Source: Vicugna vicugna | Taxonomy: Eukaryota | NCBI GenBank assembly: GCA_013265495.1 | Contig: MU058384.1 | Span: 1,117,690 to 1,181,689 of the forward strand | DNA: 64,000 bases | Direction of reading: 5' to 3' | Shown here: positions 1 through 12,800 of the stretch, in pieces | Layout of the letters: the number at the start of each line of letters is the position of its first letter | Numbering within the stretch: the first letter of the stretch is position 1 | The notes under the pieces: generated by a model | The model's input: only the letters and a program-made list of their open reading frames with translations | What the model was told of the DNA's origin: nothing | Databases searched by the model: none | Program-made: the position numbers and the translations under genes

Positions 1-1074
1 CTACTGAATCAGAAATGGCAAATTCTATACAAATGCTGAATAATGCATGCTCCAGGGTTAAACTTATCCTTCATTTGGTTTTTATTCAATCTAACTTCTC
101 AGTATTGTCTGAAATATACCTATGTACCAAATGGAAATGCTGCCAGTGTTTCACCACTTCAGTAACATCATTAGATGAGTGTCTCTTGAGTTGAATACAA
201 AGTATTTGGGGGTGGTTGGGGTTTTTCCCCACTGTAAAAGGACTATGTTGGGGTCTTTGGGTTAGAATGAGCAATTAATGGTTTTTTAAATTGTGCAGCA
301 CTTATAAAATTGAACATTTTATATTCATCTTTGTTTATTCACTTTGAGTGAGCTATTTTGAACCACAGCTTTAACAGTTGTCTTTTCAGATTTTTTTAAC
401 GAGATTAGTAATGCACACCTCCTACACAGTACTTGAAAAATAGACACTTTATTGACCTATTATTGGATGTTTGGTGACTCCTTAGACACTATTTTTTGTA
501 ATTTTATTTTGAATTTTGACTTGCGTTTAGGCATCCTTAAAAGTGTAGTTCTGATTACTGACTTGTTGCACAGCATACGTAGGAGTAAATGAACACCTCC
601 CTCAGCCCAGCCCAATTACGCAGTTCTAACCTCATCTGCCCTTTTGGGTTTCCCTCTGAAACATGTATTGTCAGGTCAGACTGTATTTGAATATTTGGAG
701 GCTAATGATGTGCTCCGTTTCCTTTCTCACTTGGCACCACTTGTTGCATCTAAACAGGTAGTCTTTCCTCCCTGGGCCACTGTAAACAAGACTCCCTCAG
801 AATGCTCTGGAGGTTTTCTGAGGAACACTACTGATCTAGATAATGAATAAACTGCTTCAGTAGAAAAGATCTTTTTAAGTCTTTCCTCCATCTTTCTCTC
901 TCATTCTCTCTACCTTTCTCCCTCTCCCCTCTGTTGTACCATCAGGAATACAGTTGTACATGATAGACCTTTCAGTGCAGAAAGAGAAGAGAATCTACCA
1001 ATTACTGAGTGCTAAACACATCTTACCTAATCAAGAGGCTGAAGTTAATAGCAAGAGACTCTGTTAGGGTTTGG

Positions 1075-1215
1075 TGGACAGACCAAGAGCCTTAAGCAGG
1101 ATGAAACTGAGCTGAAACTCAGCTTTGCTGCTTATTAATCATGACTTGGGACAAATTTACTTAAAATCTACATGTGAGTCTCAGTTTTCATATTACTGAA
1201 ATGGGGATTCTAAGC
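1075..1215 (+). mobile_element. MIR SINE fragment (core region)
   Basis: Degenerate MIR core 'catgacttgggacaaatttacttaaaatc...gagtctcagttttcatattactgaaatggggat'. Confidence 0.65.
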
Positions 1216-1309
1216 TCTGCCTTGAATAACTGTTTTTCTCTCACATGTCTTATTCCACACAACTTTTTAACATAGATGTTCCTCAGACATGATTATATTC
1301 CAATCTGCT

Positions 1310-1800
1310 GAAGGATATTATCCATCCACGTGGTTTCAACTCCATCTTTATGCCAATAGCTCCAAAATGTGTATCCCTAATTTCTCCTCTGGACTCTGCA
1401 CATGTATTTTGATTAGCCTACTCCACATCTTCTGAAACTCTCAATTGTACTTCAGACTTTTAATTCTAAAACCAAACTACTGATCTCCTACCTGGCCCCA
1501 AAGTGATTCTCTTTCACTATTCTGTTCCTCAGGGTAGAGGAAATCCATCCAATTGTCTAATTCAAAACTAATGGAGTTATCCTTGACATCTCTTTCTTTT
1601 AAATGTTTCTCAAAATCTGTCCAGTTTTGTCTGTCCCTATTCTCACAAACTGAGTCAATCATCACTTTGTGCCTCCTTAAGGAGACACGATAGATATTCA
1701 AGTGCGTTTTTCCACACAGCGGAGTACTCTATATAATAGAGAGAGTGATCTTCTAAGTTGTAAATCTGATCATACTGTATTCTACCTTTTGTTAAAATCC
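1310..1800 (+). mobile_element. L2 LINE fragment (3' part of ORF2)
   Basis: 'tggtttcaactccatctttatgccaatagctccaaaatgtgtatc' and 'aaaaccaaactactgatctcc' resemble the L2 consensus. Confidence 0.6.
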
Positions 1801-1814
1801 AATTATAATATAGT

Positions 1815-2060
1815 TAATGTGTATTGATTGTTTCCTACTTGCCCTTAGGGTTTTACATGTATCAACTCATTTTATACATGAAATGAGTAATACTATTATT
1901 ATTACTTTGGTACTATTATATTTATTTTGCAGCTGGAGAGACTGGAATACAAAGAGACTAAGAAACTCTTAGACACATACTCTTGGACATTTAGCTACTA
2001 AGTGTAAGAGGCAGACCATTTAGCTCCAGAGTTCACATTCATAACAGGACATTATACTGC
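1815..2060 (-). mobile_element. MIR SINE
   Basis: Antisense MIR motifs 'attttgcagctggagagactgg...' and 'ctccagagttcacattcataacaggacattatactgc'. Confidence 0.6.
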
Positions 2061-2144
2061 TTACCAATAGCATCTGCTCATCCTTGAGAAAAGACAAAAA
2101 TTTCAAGAACTATACATCTAGAATGGCTTTAACATGCCTCACCT

Positions 2145-2990
2145 TGTGGGTTGTGTGAGCTAGCTTTTATTGGATTGCAAGAACTCGTTAAGTTTTCAGG
2201 AATATTACAAGCTCATTGTTAAACACAACTGTTACTCAAAATTAAATTTTATGAACTTATAATTAAGTAAACTTCATTTGAAACAAAGATAATAACTACC
2301 CAAAACTCATAGGTATCTAATTATTTTATAATTTTGGAGGTTATTTACAACTATCATATCAGTATGATGGAAATATAATGTAATGGTAAAATACTGCACA
2401 TCTCTTCCCAATTCTGTGTTCAGTAATGTTATACTGGTAGCATGAAACTGCTCAAGGGTGACGTATTATCTGCGTGAAAATCATTTTTGCACTCGAGACT
2501 TAAGAAATGATGCAATGAATATATATATGTTCACGTATAACTGAAAAATTGTGCTCTACACTGGAATTTGACACAACATTGTAAAATGACTATAACTTGT
2601 TAAAAAAATAAAAATAAATAAATAAATAAAACCTCAAAAAAAGATGGAGAAAAATGTAAATAACAACAGAATAAACGTCAAACTATTTACATCATATTGT
2701 TGACTATCACAACAAATTTGAGGAAATATACTTCCAGTGTTCGAAAACTATTACCCAATTAAGTGAAGAAGTCTTTCACACCATTGACAAATGAGTGATG
2801 AACTGACATGCATATTTGTTTCCCTTTCATCTTATTCTTTCATGTAAATGACAATATCAACCAACATCATGTTGGTTTTACATTCTTTTATCACTTCTAA
2901 CCACTGTCTTTGGATATAGCAGATTGGCAAAAAAAATCAATACAAATATTTGGAAAGAATACATTTTATGAAGTTGATTGTAATCTATAT
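2145..2990. mobile_element. MER63-like hAT DNA transposon, split by an L1 3' end
   Basis: 'ttttcaggaatattacaagctcattgttaaacaca...aaaattaaatt' and 'actgcacatctcttcccaattctgtgttcagtaatgttatactggtagcatgaaa' match MER63; similarity resumes at 'gatggagaaaaatgtaaataa' after the insertion. Confidence 0.7.
2513..2631 (+). mobile_element. Severely 5'-truncated young L1 3' end (camelid-type) with A-rich tail
   Basis: 'gtataactgaaaaattgtgctctacactggaatttgacacaacattgtaaaatgactataac' followed by an A/(TAAA)n tail; nearly the same sequence occurs antisense at ~56135-56220. Confidence 0.85.
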
Positions 2991-3384
2991 TCATATATCA
3001 ATAATGTGTTTACTATACTACATACATACATATTTAAATATTAAGTTTACTTTTACTATTTCTGAAATATGGTTCAACTAATGAAAGAAATACCCTTCCT
3101 TTTAATAAATCTGACACAATTGAAAAATCCTTACTCTAAGTTATTTATAAAGCTATAAGTCATGAACTTTGTAAACAGTGGAGAATTTTATTTTTCTTTT
3201 CTTTTGTAGCCCACAGGTTTTTATGAAATTTATGGACTTGATAATTATTTTATACATTCCAAGGTATTCTGTAAACTTCACATATACTTATTTGACATTG
3301 ATCTCAAGCAAAAGACTAGGTAGACAAGTTAAAGAGATGATTTATGAGTACAGAAGAAATTAATGACAATCACCAGAAGACAGC

Positions 3385-3600
3385 ATGCATCCATTCAACT
3401 CAAGTAATGGCAGACTAACCATATTCATACTTTCTGAAAAATTGATTAGGCTCTTAAATGACTGAAATGTAATATAGGTGTAATAATTTTTGATTCAATA
3501 AGGCATTTCACAGACTCAAGACATTTTGTAAACAAAACACTGAAATATCAATTGGATTGAATGGTAGCACAAATATACATCCACAAGACAGGTATCAGCC
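3385..3600 (+). mobile_element. L3/CR1 LINE fragment (RT domain relic)
   Basis: 'cagactaacc...tttgattcaataaggcatttcacagactc' resembles the CR1 RT segment QTNLI...DFSKAFD; highly decayed. Confidence 0.5.
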
Positions 3601-4574
3601 CAACAGAGAGAACTTTCCATCAATTAGACCTGTACAAGAAAACAGAATGAATATACTTGATAAATAGGGAGTTATCTATCACTAGCTCTATATTCAACCA
3701 ACTGATGATGTACATTGGACATAGTTACAATAGAAGGGTTCAGAAGATTGAGAAGGTTTGCCTAGAAACTGTTTCCAAGGGACTCTCATATTCTTGAGTT
3801 GGTTTCAAATGTTTGTGTAAATTTTAAGGCATTCATTTCTAAACAAATTTTCAATTTTCCTGTGAAAACATGATGGTAGCTAAAAAGTATATAAGCTCCT
3901 TTTAACATTTTGACAAAGTTAATCAGTCATCAGTTTTGTTTTGTTTTGCTTTTTATATGCTAAGAAATGCACCTGGTTTCTCAAAAATATCCCAGATGAC
4001 TAATACATTATTCTCAAAAGACTAGATGGGAATCAGATCAAATATTATTATCCTTATATAAAAATAGACTTAATGTTATCCTTTAGGAATCAAAGAGGGA
4101 CTTGGAAGTTGTCAGTAAACTATGCTTGCATTTTGTTTGAAGTACTTTTAACATTTTGATTTGATAATCTAGCAGTGTAATATTCTTGAAATATTTCACT
4201 CTTGCAAATACTCACATCAAATAAGAGCTGGGAATTACTGACCATTTGTCATAATTGGCAGACAGTGAAAGAGATAACCCTGGGGGGAACTGGAAATAAA
4301 TAACAAATGATATCAAGGAAGGCCTCTCAACAGAAAATAATGGGTATTATTAAATTCTAAATGCAGAATTTTGCTCATTATAATTACCAGCACTAAGTGA
4401 AAAAGAAAAAATAATAAAAATGAGTGTATGAAACTGAAGCACATAGTACAAACATCTCATTGATCACAGGGAAACACTAAAAGTCTGAAATAACATGGTG
4501 GCTCAGTGTTGATTAGCAATATTAGATTTCATAGTTCTTAAACTTCATCTGATCCTAAAGTGCAGGTAACTGAA

Positions 4575-4800
4575 CCTTGATTAGTTAGAAGTGCAATCAG
4601 TTTCAGTTAAGGGAAAACCTAAGCAACTGTGTGCACACAATCGACATATATTTTCCTCCCATAACAGAATGTCCAGAGGAAGGCAGTTGCTTGTCTAGCT
4701 TTACTGTTTAAATATTACCATCAGAAACTCTTTCTATTTCTTTCTTCTGCATCCTCAGTATGTTGGCTTCCCCATGCATCATATCTCACGATCACAACCA
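4575..4800 (-). mobile_element. MLT1 (ERVL-MaLR) LTR fragment
   Basis: 'cataacagaatgtccagaggaaggcagtt...ttctgcatcctcagtatgttggcttc' is typical of antisense MLT1J/K. Confidence 0.5.
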
Positions 4801-5259
4801 ACCACAAACCTATTCACCGACTAAAAATTTGTGCTGAAAAGTACAAAGTATAAATGAGCTATCTAAGAATCCTAGGGCAAGCAGGGATTTAATATTACCT
4901 ATTAATAGTAGTGGCAATAAGTTTTCTAGTATCCGTGAAAGTATTTTTACAGAAAATGGAAGAATAAATGAGTATTTTCAGTTTAATAGCAGTTGGTTTA
5001 AACTGCACAGTAGTTCCAGTAAATCATCATTCTTGGGTACAGAATCAATATGTTTGAGTTCTGGCATGGATCTCATGGGTCATCTGACCCAGACTCTTAC
5101 TTCACAGAATAAGTAACTGGGATACAGACAACTTAAATGATTGGTTCAAGATCATGCATGCTACAAAGTTGCGGGTAAACAGCAGGCAAGGATTTCTAGC
5201 GAGAACGTATTTTTTAGGTACCCATAGAGATCTGTACACAGACACATAAAAAGACTCAC

Positions 5260-5311
5260 AGTCTAATAGCTGTACTGGAAAGCATCCAGCATATTGTAAT
5301 GGTACTGAGAT
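5260..5311 (-). other. Candidate 52-nt exon (unverified)
   Basis: Minus strand: acceptor tctgttttcctcacag|, donor ACT|gtgagt. Confidence 0.25.
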
Positions 5312-5984
5312 CTGTGAGGAAAACAGATTCAGAATTTCTTTTTATCCTCATCCAGATTCTAATACTAGATTCAAATGTTCTGCATTAAATAATTGATTCC
5401 TGTTCTTTACAGGTAGAATTAGTACAGTAACACAAAATAATTTGGAGACATTCAACATTTAACTGCATCATCATTTTTTGCCTTTCAAATAGTTTTCATT
5501 GGGGTTGATTAGTGCTTTTTAAATTTTACCTTTGAAAAATCTGCCTAGAAAGGACTTGAAAAACAAGGAAATATATTTAAATGATATATCTGTCTAGGAA
5601 TACATGTGTAATTGTGCCACTAAAGCAAGGATATTTAAAGTAACATCAACAGATGATATTTAAAAATAGGCATTAAGAAGTGTAAAAGTATGTAGACTTA
5701 CTGGCAGCAAATTGCCTTAGGGTTGTAGTGGATGATTGGTATAGAACAAAGAGGTCAATTCTGCCTGGAAAACACATTCACCCCATAACACAGCCCCAGA
5801 GTAAAGCAATAAAACAGATATATGTGTGAACCTTAGAGAAATGAGTAGTATTTCCAAATGGGTAAAGTAATTTTATGAAAATTCATCCTATACATGATTT
5901 TAGCACCCTAACTTTATTACAATTGAGGGTTATAAAACCAGAGAAGCATGTTACGGAATTAGAATGACCTGAGAATGCATTGAT

Positions 5985-6120
5985 AGTCTCAGCTGCCCTC
6001 CATGTGAAAATGGGAATAATAACAGTATTTACTTCATTGTGGTGTTGTGAGAATTAAATGAGATAAGGCAAAGCAAACAGGTAAGCCAGGGCCTGGCATA
6101 CAGAAAGCACGCACTGACCC
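5985..6120 (+). mobile_element. MIR SINE 3' half
   Basis: 'catgtgaaaatgggaataataacagtatttacttca...gttgtgagaattaaatgagataa...gcctggcatacagaaagcac'. Confidence 0.8.
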
Positions 6121-6657
6121 TGAGCGATTTCTATTTTACCACACCACATCATCCCATCCTAGTAATGAACCTCAGGCCCTGGGAGGGACAGCTGCTCTTA
6201 ACTCTCAGGCATGAGAACACGATGCACTAAGTCTTGGCACCTTTGGCATACATAAAGATTTCTTACACGTCTTAGCATTTTCCTTGTTTCCAAAGCACTT
6301 TAAGGGATAGTCATATTTAAATGGCATTTAGTAGTGTCATATTTCTGTCATTCGATTAGCTGTCTCTAAATCAATAGGATTTATGAAGGAGGATAGAGAA
6401 GTTGATTACCTTATTATCCAAAATATTCTATGATGTGTAAGTCATATTTACAATCTGAACATCAAATAGTGCTGGCTATTCTCTGTTCTCTTTGTATGCC
6501 AGTGCAGAGGCTTACCCATTACCCCAGATATGCTAAGGGCATTGCCAAGTATAGCATTCTTTTGAACCAGCATTGTTCTTGGAAATAGTCATTCTCCAAA
6601 TAAGCTCTGCATTAATTTTTACCATCACATTAAGTCATCAACTATCAAACGCCACTT

Positions 6658-6720
6658 AGAGAGAGAATGTGTGTATGTGTATGAGAGAGAGATAGAGAGA
6701 CAGAGAGAGAGCGAGCGAGA
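6658..6720. repeat. Compound (TG)n/(GA)n microsatellite
   Basis: Visible dinucleotide runs. Confidence 0.9.
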
Positions 6721-7049
6721 CCGGAGAGGAGACACCAAGTTTTGCATTACTGCTCCTTTCATCATAAGACAATTCAGCTTTTGGTGTTATGATATATTTA
6801 AGCACCAACCGAGATGCAAAATGTAACTGCCACATAAAACAAACCCTTAAATGAGCAGATGTAGTTGCTTTGGTTGGATATGTTGTTATCCATGTTAACT
6901 ATGTCTGCCTCCCTACCTTTGTCTCTGGCATTTAACATTTTTGCTCAAATTGAACACTCTTAATATGTTTTTATGCAATCAGAAGTAGTAACTTGTAGTA
7001 ATTGCCCTATAGCATTCCTGAACTAAATTTCATGTCTTCTAATAAATCA

Positions 7050-7140
7050 TTCTTCCTTGATGGGAGAGTCATGTATTATTTATCTTTGAATTCACAGAGG
7101 TTGGCATAGCGCTGCTGGTTAATAGACACTAAATGACTAA
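7050..7140 (+). mobile_element. L2 3' terminal fragment
   Basis: 'ctccttgatgggagagtcatgtattatttatctttgaattcacagaggttggcatag'. Confidence 0.5.
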
Positions 7141-8094
7141 ACCACTATATTGAATTGAATCATACCATTTAAAATTGTCTTTAGTGATTGTTTTTATATG
7201 TACCCTCTCTGGTTTTTCTAACTGAATTCGGATAATTTAAAGTGAAGTTTCAACTGTAGATGGGTGGTATTTCCATCCTTAATTGCCAGTGACCTACTCC
7301 TATCTACATGTTAACACTGGACTTTTAATGTCAAGTATGACATTGATCCAGAAGCCAAATGTGATCTCTTCAGTTTGCATAAGAGCTTGAACCCACACTG
7401 CTTTAGAGGACATTATCACACATGACTCAAACATATTTTTAGGATGATACAAACTTCATAATGTAGAAACTCTAGCATAGCTTCTATCGGAGAGGCAAGA
7501 TAGAAACATCATCCTGATGTTGTTTCAACATTTTTAGCAGGATAAATTTATGCATGCTCTCTCTAAATTTTTTTCTTTTTTTTTTAGGAAAAGGGCTATA
7601 TAAAAGTTTTGTTTACATTCTTTTAAAACATTAATATTTTCTGGTGACATTTATAAAAATTATACTCATTCTAATATTTATCACTGTTGTGTAGTAATCT
7701 TTGATGAATAAATAAGATCTGATGCAAAATTCTGATGATTAATTATCCCACCTGACTTATTAAACTACTGACAAATAACCATCCATTTGACTATTTTCCT
7801 TAAAAAAATTCAGCCTCCATGCATATTATAAAAACAATTACATAATGGCAATCTAGGATTATTACCATATAACTTGTAGACTTAAAGTGTAAAGTCTAAG
7901 GAACTGAATATGATCAGTTTTTAGATTGTCTAGGGGCTTTGGAAATAAATTGCCCTAATTTCTGGCATGGAAAGGACACGGTTTTGGGGGGACATTTTTT
8001 ATTTTTAATACCAATGTTTAACATGTAATATATTATGATTATATTTATTTCAAAATATTTACTATACAATATTATTGTTGTTTATTAGCAACAC

Positions 8095-8290
8095 TAAGAC
8101 TAATAGCTACTATTTTTGAGATCCTAGTTAGAGCCAAGTAGTACTACATTATTCAAGAGATTTACAACAACCCTGCAAGATAAATGTGATTGTCCTCATT
8201 TTACAAAAACAATATTGTTGGACAAAAAGACTGAATTTCTAAGTGGGAGAAACAGAATGAACATCCAGGTATATGTAAAACATTTACTGA
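8095..8290 (-). mobile_element. MIR SINE
   Basis: 'taatagctactatttttgag...tacaacaaccctgcaagataaatgtgattgtcctcattttaca'. Confidence 0.65.
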
Positions 8291-8349
8291 TGCAACCGCC
8301 CTACATAAAAAAAAAATTTGTTTTCTTCCAATATATCATTCTTCCTCCT

Positions 8350-8928
8350 TGTGTCAGTTTAGATCCTTTGGAAAGAAAATGCAAAGATAGAATCTGTGGT
8401 ATAGAAGTTTTCTTTTAGATAATGTGTGTGAGAGGGAGGGTATAGTTCAGGTATACCTGGGTTCAAGCCCCAGCACCTCCATTTAATAAACAAACAAACA
8501 AATAAATAAACAAACAGATAGATAACCTGTGTGGAGGATAACAGAAGAGGGAGCAGGAGTGGCAGGAAATACCTCCGACTGCAGTGCAGGTCTGACACCT
8601 GGGAGAGATAGGGAGGACGAGTGGGAAGGAAGAGACCCAGACTGCAGTGCAGGTCTGAGAAAGTCTGAAGCCCAGAAGGGACCTCATAGGAAAGGCTGTC
8701 TGTAGAGGAGTCCTGCCTTGAGTAGCAATGATGACATCCTATCCTGCTGTGCCTGAACACTGGCTGAACCTGCCTGAGGAGAGCGTGTCCTCAGCTACCC
8801 AGCTCTGGGGGCTCCAAAGGCACTGAAATCAGAGATGACCAGTTGAGGCAGGATCTCAGCTACAGGGTGATTACCTGTGATTACAAGTTTCTTAGCAGCT
8901 CTGATCGTTAGTCTCCTTGACTGACACA
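8350..8928 (-). mobile_element. LTR16B-like ERVL solo LTR, interrupted by a SINE
   Basis: Paired motif 'gactgcagtgcaggtctgacacctg ... cagactgcagtgcaggtctgagaaagtct' and 'tagaggagtcctg' are characteristic of antisense LTR16B. Confidence 0.7.
8431..8519 (+). mobile_element. tRNA-derived SINE, camelid Vic-1-like, internally deleted
   Basis: 'gggagggtatagttcag...cctgggttcaagccccagcacctccatt' with B-box-like GGTTCAAGCC and a (CAAA/TAAA)n tail; imperfect TSD agataatgtgtgtg (8417-8430) / agataacctgtgtg (8520-8533). Confidence 0.75.
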
Positions 8929-9894
8929 GAACATTATAACTAAGGTATTAGCATTTGCTTGCTAGTAAATATTTATTGGAAAGCATTTACCTGGTACATT
9001 AAACACAATCAAGAAATATTATTTCCACAAAAATAAATATAGAACATTAAATAGCACCACTTGCAATATTTTCAATACTCTTCTTACAGATATTTGTTAG
9101 ATTTTCGATACAAAAATACAGACATTCTCTTTCAGAATTTATCATTCTAGATTTGTAAGTCTCAACTCTAGATTGAATCTGCTTTCACTCATGTTAGGGA
9201 TAACCCTAACCCAAATGCATCAACCATTAAACATCTATGGCCAGTCACTAGTACTATGGAAGAAACAGCATTCCCAGTGGTGATATTCCTATTACTATTT
9301 TACATGATCACATTTAATTAAAAACTTCTAGACTAATGTTCATTGCAAAAGGATTACTCAACTCCCAAATGAATTGAAGACTGCTAACTTAGCCAAATGA
9401 GATAGATCTTTATTTTCCAGTCCTTATCTGGATAATGCAGGCAGAAAATAAAACCAATGAGGAAAGGCTGAAAGACTGTTTATTTTAGAGCTGAGATCAC
9501 TAGATGATTAAATTTAAAAACTATTCTGTGTACACGAAGAAACATATTATGAAAAATATAATGACCATACTTTTTCTATCTTCACCAACAGTTGAGCAAA
9601 GGAAAATTAATGCTACCATAAAGAATTTATTATACAGTATAAGAAAACTTATCCTAAATTCAGAATTTTTACACTGCAGAATAAGTCACTTAGGTAGGTA
9701 ATAAAATCTCTTTATGATACTGATTGACTTATTATTTCTTCATGCCTTCATTCAAAATTATTATTTAATATTTCCTGTATGTAAAATTATAGGGTTTATA
9801 GTGAAAATCTTCAAAAGTAGTATAAAATAAAAGTCTAGACCACAATTAGTGTCCATTCTCTGTACAACTTAAAATCAGTATTAAAAAGTAAGCC

Positions 9895-12800
9895 AGAGTG
9901 ACTTACAGAAAAAAATAGCAGGGTAGGAATATCAAAACTTAGTCACATCGCAGAATCAAGAAACAAGCTGGCAAAAACTGTCAGAATTAACTTCTTTGGG
10001 AGTTCTGGAATCAAAAGAAAAACAACAACTAGGAGAAAGTTTAATAAAGAGAAAGATGATTGGATTTTAGTAAGAGGACTCTGGGGCATTAAACTTACCT
10101 GGTTACCATCCCCCAAAACCCAGTTCAGCAGCAGCCTTGAAATGGCAACCTGCTTTACTGGTGCGTGTTACTGGTACCCAAGGGGGTAATACAAAATGTA
10201 TTATGGCTGCATATTTTGACCTGTTTGGTGGGTCTCTGAAATATCACTGAAAGGGCTTGATGTGTTTTATTTGCCTCAGAGTTTCCACAGGCTTTAGGCA
10301 ACTTCCCTGGTGGTGTTTATTCAAAGCATTTAAAGGCAAATGTATTAGCCATGGCCACTTGGACGAAAACATAATTGTTAAGACAAACAATAGACCAAGA
10401 AGGTTGGGAATGAAGATGCTAGGAAGGAGAAATATGGGGAGGAAGAATTTTGAAGCCCCCACATACTTTGGGTCATGTAGTAGACCAAAGCAAATGCCCA
10501 AGTCTGGATGCATGCTCAGAAAACACCTGAGAAGAACATAAGCTTTCACCTCTGGCTGAACTTCAGGCTCTGTGTGAGCAGGAAGTGAAGGCTAAAGCAA
10601 AGTTATTAATTTCCTGGCTAGCATTGAAAGAGTGCTCCAACACAGAGCCAATCTGCAAAAATAGTTATTTTTTTCTTTGCCTTTTTCCCTTTCCTTTCCT
10701 TTTCCTTTCTCTCTCTCTCTCTTTTTTTTTATAGTGCTAAGTGCTTAAGAAAACCTCTGTCAAAATTCTAGCTGAATACTAAGCAGAAGGAACAGAGATA
10801 TCAGTGACCAACAAAACAAAGCAAAAAAATGCAGACATATCAAAGTTAGTTCAGAAAAGGAGCTTCAACAAACAACTACCATAACGAATTGCAACAATAA
10901 ACTGTGAAGAAGAGGAAGGATCTGATTTCTAGAGTTGCCACATTATAATATTCAAAATATCTGCCTTTCAACAAAAATTGAGGCATGTAAATGTTTTAAA
11001 CAAGAAGTTTTATTCTACTCATAGAAAATATAAAAATAATAGTGCCATCACTTAGGAAGCCCTGAAATTGGGCTTACTTGACAAATAATTTTAAATAATT
11101 GTTTTAAATATGCTAAAGGAACTAAAAGGAAACCAGGAAAAGAGCTAAACAAAACAAGGAAAATAATGTGTCTCAAAATGGATAACATCAACTAAGACAT
11201 AGAAAAAACTGTTTAAGTCAAATGCAAATTCTGGAGGTGAAAAGTTACAATAACTGAAAGAAAAATTTCAGTAGAGACATGCAATAGCAATTCTGAATAG
11301 GCAGAAGAAAGAATCTGTGAATATGAAGATTTAAGACTATCCAGTGGAAGGAGCAGAAAGAGAAAACAATGAAGAAAAATGAATAGAGCTTAAATTTTCT
11401 TTGGGACACCATCAAGCATACCAACATACACAAAATAGAGTCCCAGCAGGTCAGAAGGGAAAGTGGCCAAAAGAATATTTGAACAAATGGTAGCTAAAAA
11501 CTTATCAAATTCGATGAAAGATGAATCTACACATCCAAGGAGGTCAACAAATTCCAAGTAGAATAAACTCAAAGAGACCTACACTGAGGCATCTTGCAAA
11601 TTGCTGAAAGACAAAGACAAAGAAAGAACTTTGAAAGTAGGGACAAAGAAGTGAGTTGTCTTGTATAAGTGATCCGCAATAATACTAACAGATAATTTTT
11701 CATCAGAAACCATAGAGGCCAGAGGACAGTAGAATGACACATTAAAAGTGCTGGGGGAAAAAAGTCAGCCACGAGTTCTATATCTGACAAAACCATCCTT
11801 CAAAAATGAAGGAGAAAGTAAGACACATCCATAAAAGCAAAAACAGACTCAGCACTAATAGAGCTGTCCTATAGAAAATACTAAATGAGGTTCTCAGGAT
11901 GAAGTGAAGAAGACTAGAAGGTAACTCAAAGCCATATAAAGAAATAAACACACTAATAAAGGTAACTACATAGGTAAAAGATGAGTTAGCATTATTGTAT
12001 TTTTGGTTTGTAACTCATTTTATCCTATAGGATTTAAAAGGCAAATGCATTAAACATGATTACAAATATATGTTAATGGCCACACAATGTATAAAAAATA
12101 TAATCTGTGACAATAACAATGTGGGGAAATGGAGTTACACAGTAGCACATTTGTATACTATTGAAATTAAGTTAGCATTAATTAGAATTAAAATATTATG
12201 AATTAAGATGTTAACTGTAATCCCCAGAGTAACCACTAAGAAAGTAACTAAAAATAATACAGTTAAAGAAATGAGAAGGGAATCAAAACAGTATAACAGA
12301 AAAACAAATCTACTAAATAAAAATAAGCTGTAATGGAGGAGTTGAGGAACAAAAATGAGATGAAGTTGGAAAACAGAAAATGGAAAAAGTAAGTTCTACT
12401 TCTTACAAATTACATTAAATATACACAGATTAAAGTTTCCAATTAAAAGGCAGAAATTGACAGAAAGGATTTTTAAACATCATCCAATTATTTGATGTCT
12501 GTAGGACACTAAATTCAAAGACAAAAATAGACTGAAAATGAAAAAAGAAAGAAAAAATATTTCTTGAAAATAGAGACAAAAGGACAGCTTGGTGGCTCTC
12601 TAATGTCAGATAAAACAGATTTTAACACAAAAAGTGTTCCAGGAAGAAAAGGATTATATATTATATATTACATATTGGTAAAGTAGTCAATCCTTTAAGA
12701 TTTTTTAACAGTTATATACATATACACAACTACTACAGAGCCTCAAAATATGTAAAGTAAAAACTGACAGAATTAAGGGGATAAATAGTTCTAAAAACAC

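Noticed and set aside
6570..6590. STAT-type TTCnnnGAA sites (also ~38304, ~46252)
   Set aside because: Isolated 9-mers, expected by chance in 64 kb of AT-rich DNA.
8431..8480. tRNA-like sequence with a B-box
   Set aside because: SINE head with tail and TSD; too short to form a cloverleaf, so not a tRNA gene.
8359..8760. 133-aa minus-strand ORF with a repeated SDLHCS motif
   Set aside because: Runs through LTR16B and a SINE; the repeat is the LTR's own internal duplication.
10244..10549. Overlapping ORFs on both strands
   Set aside because: Inside a decayed L1 5'UTR, with no recognisable domain.
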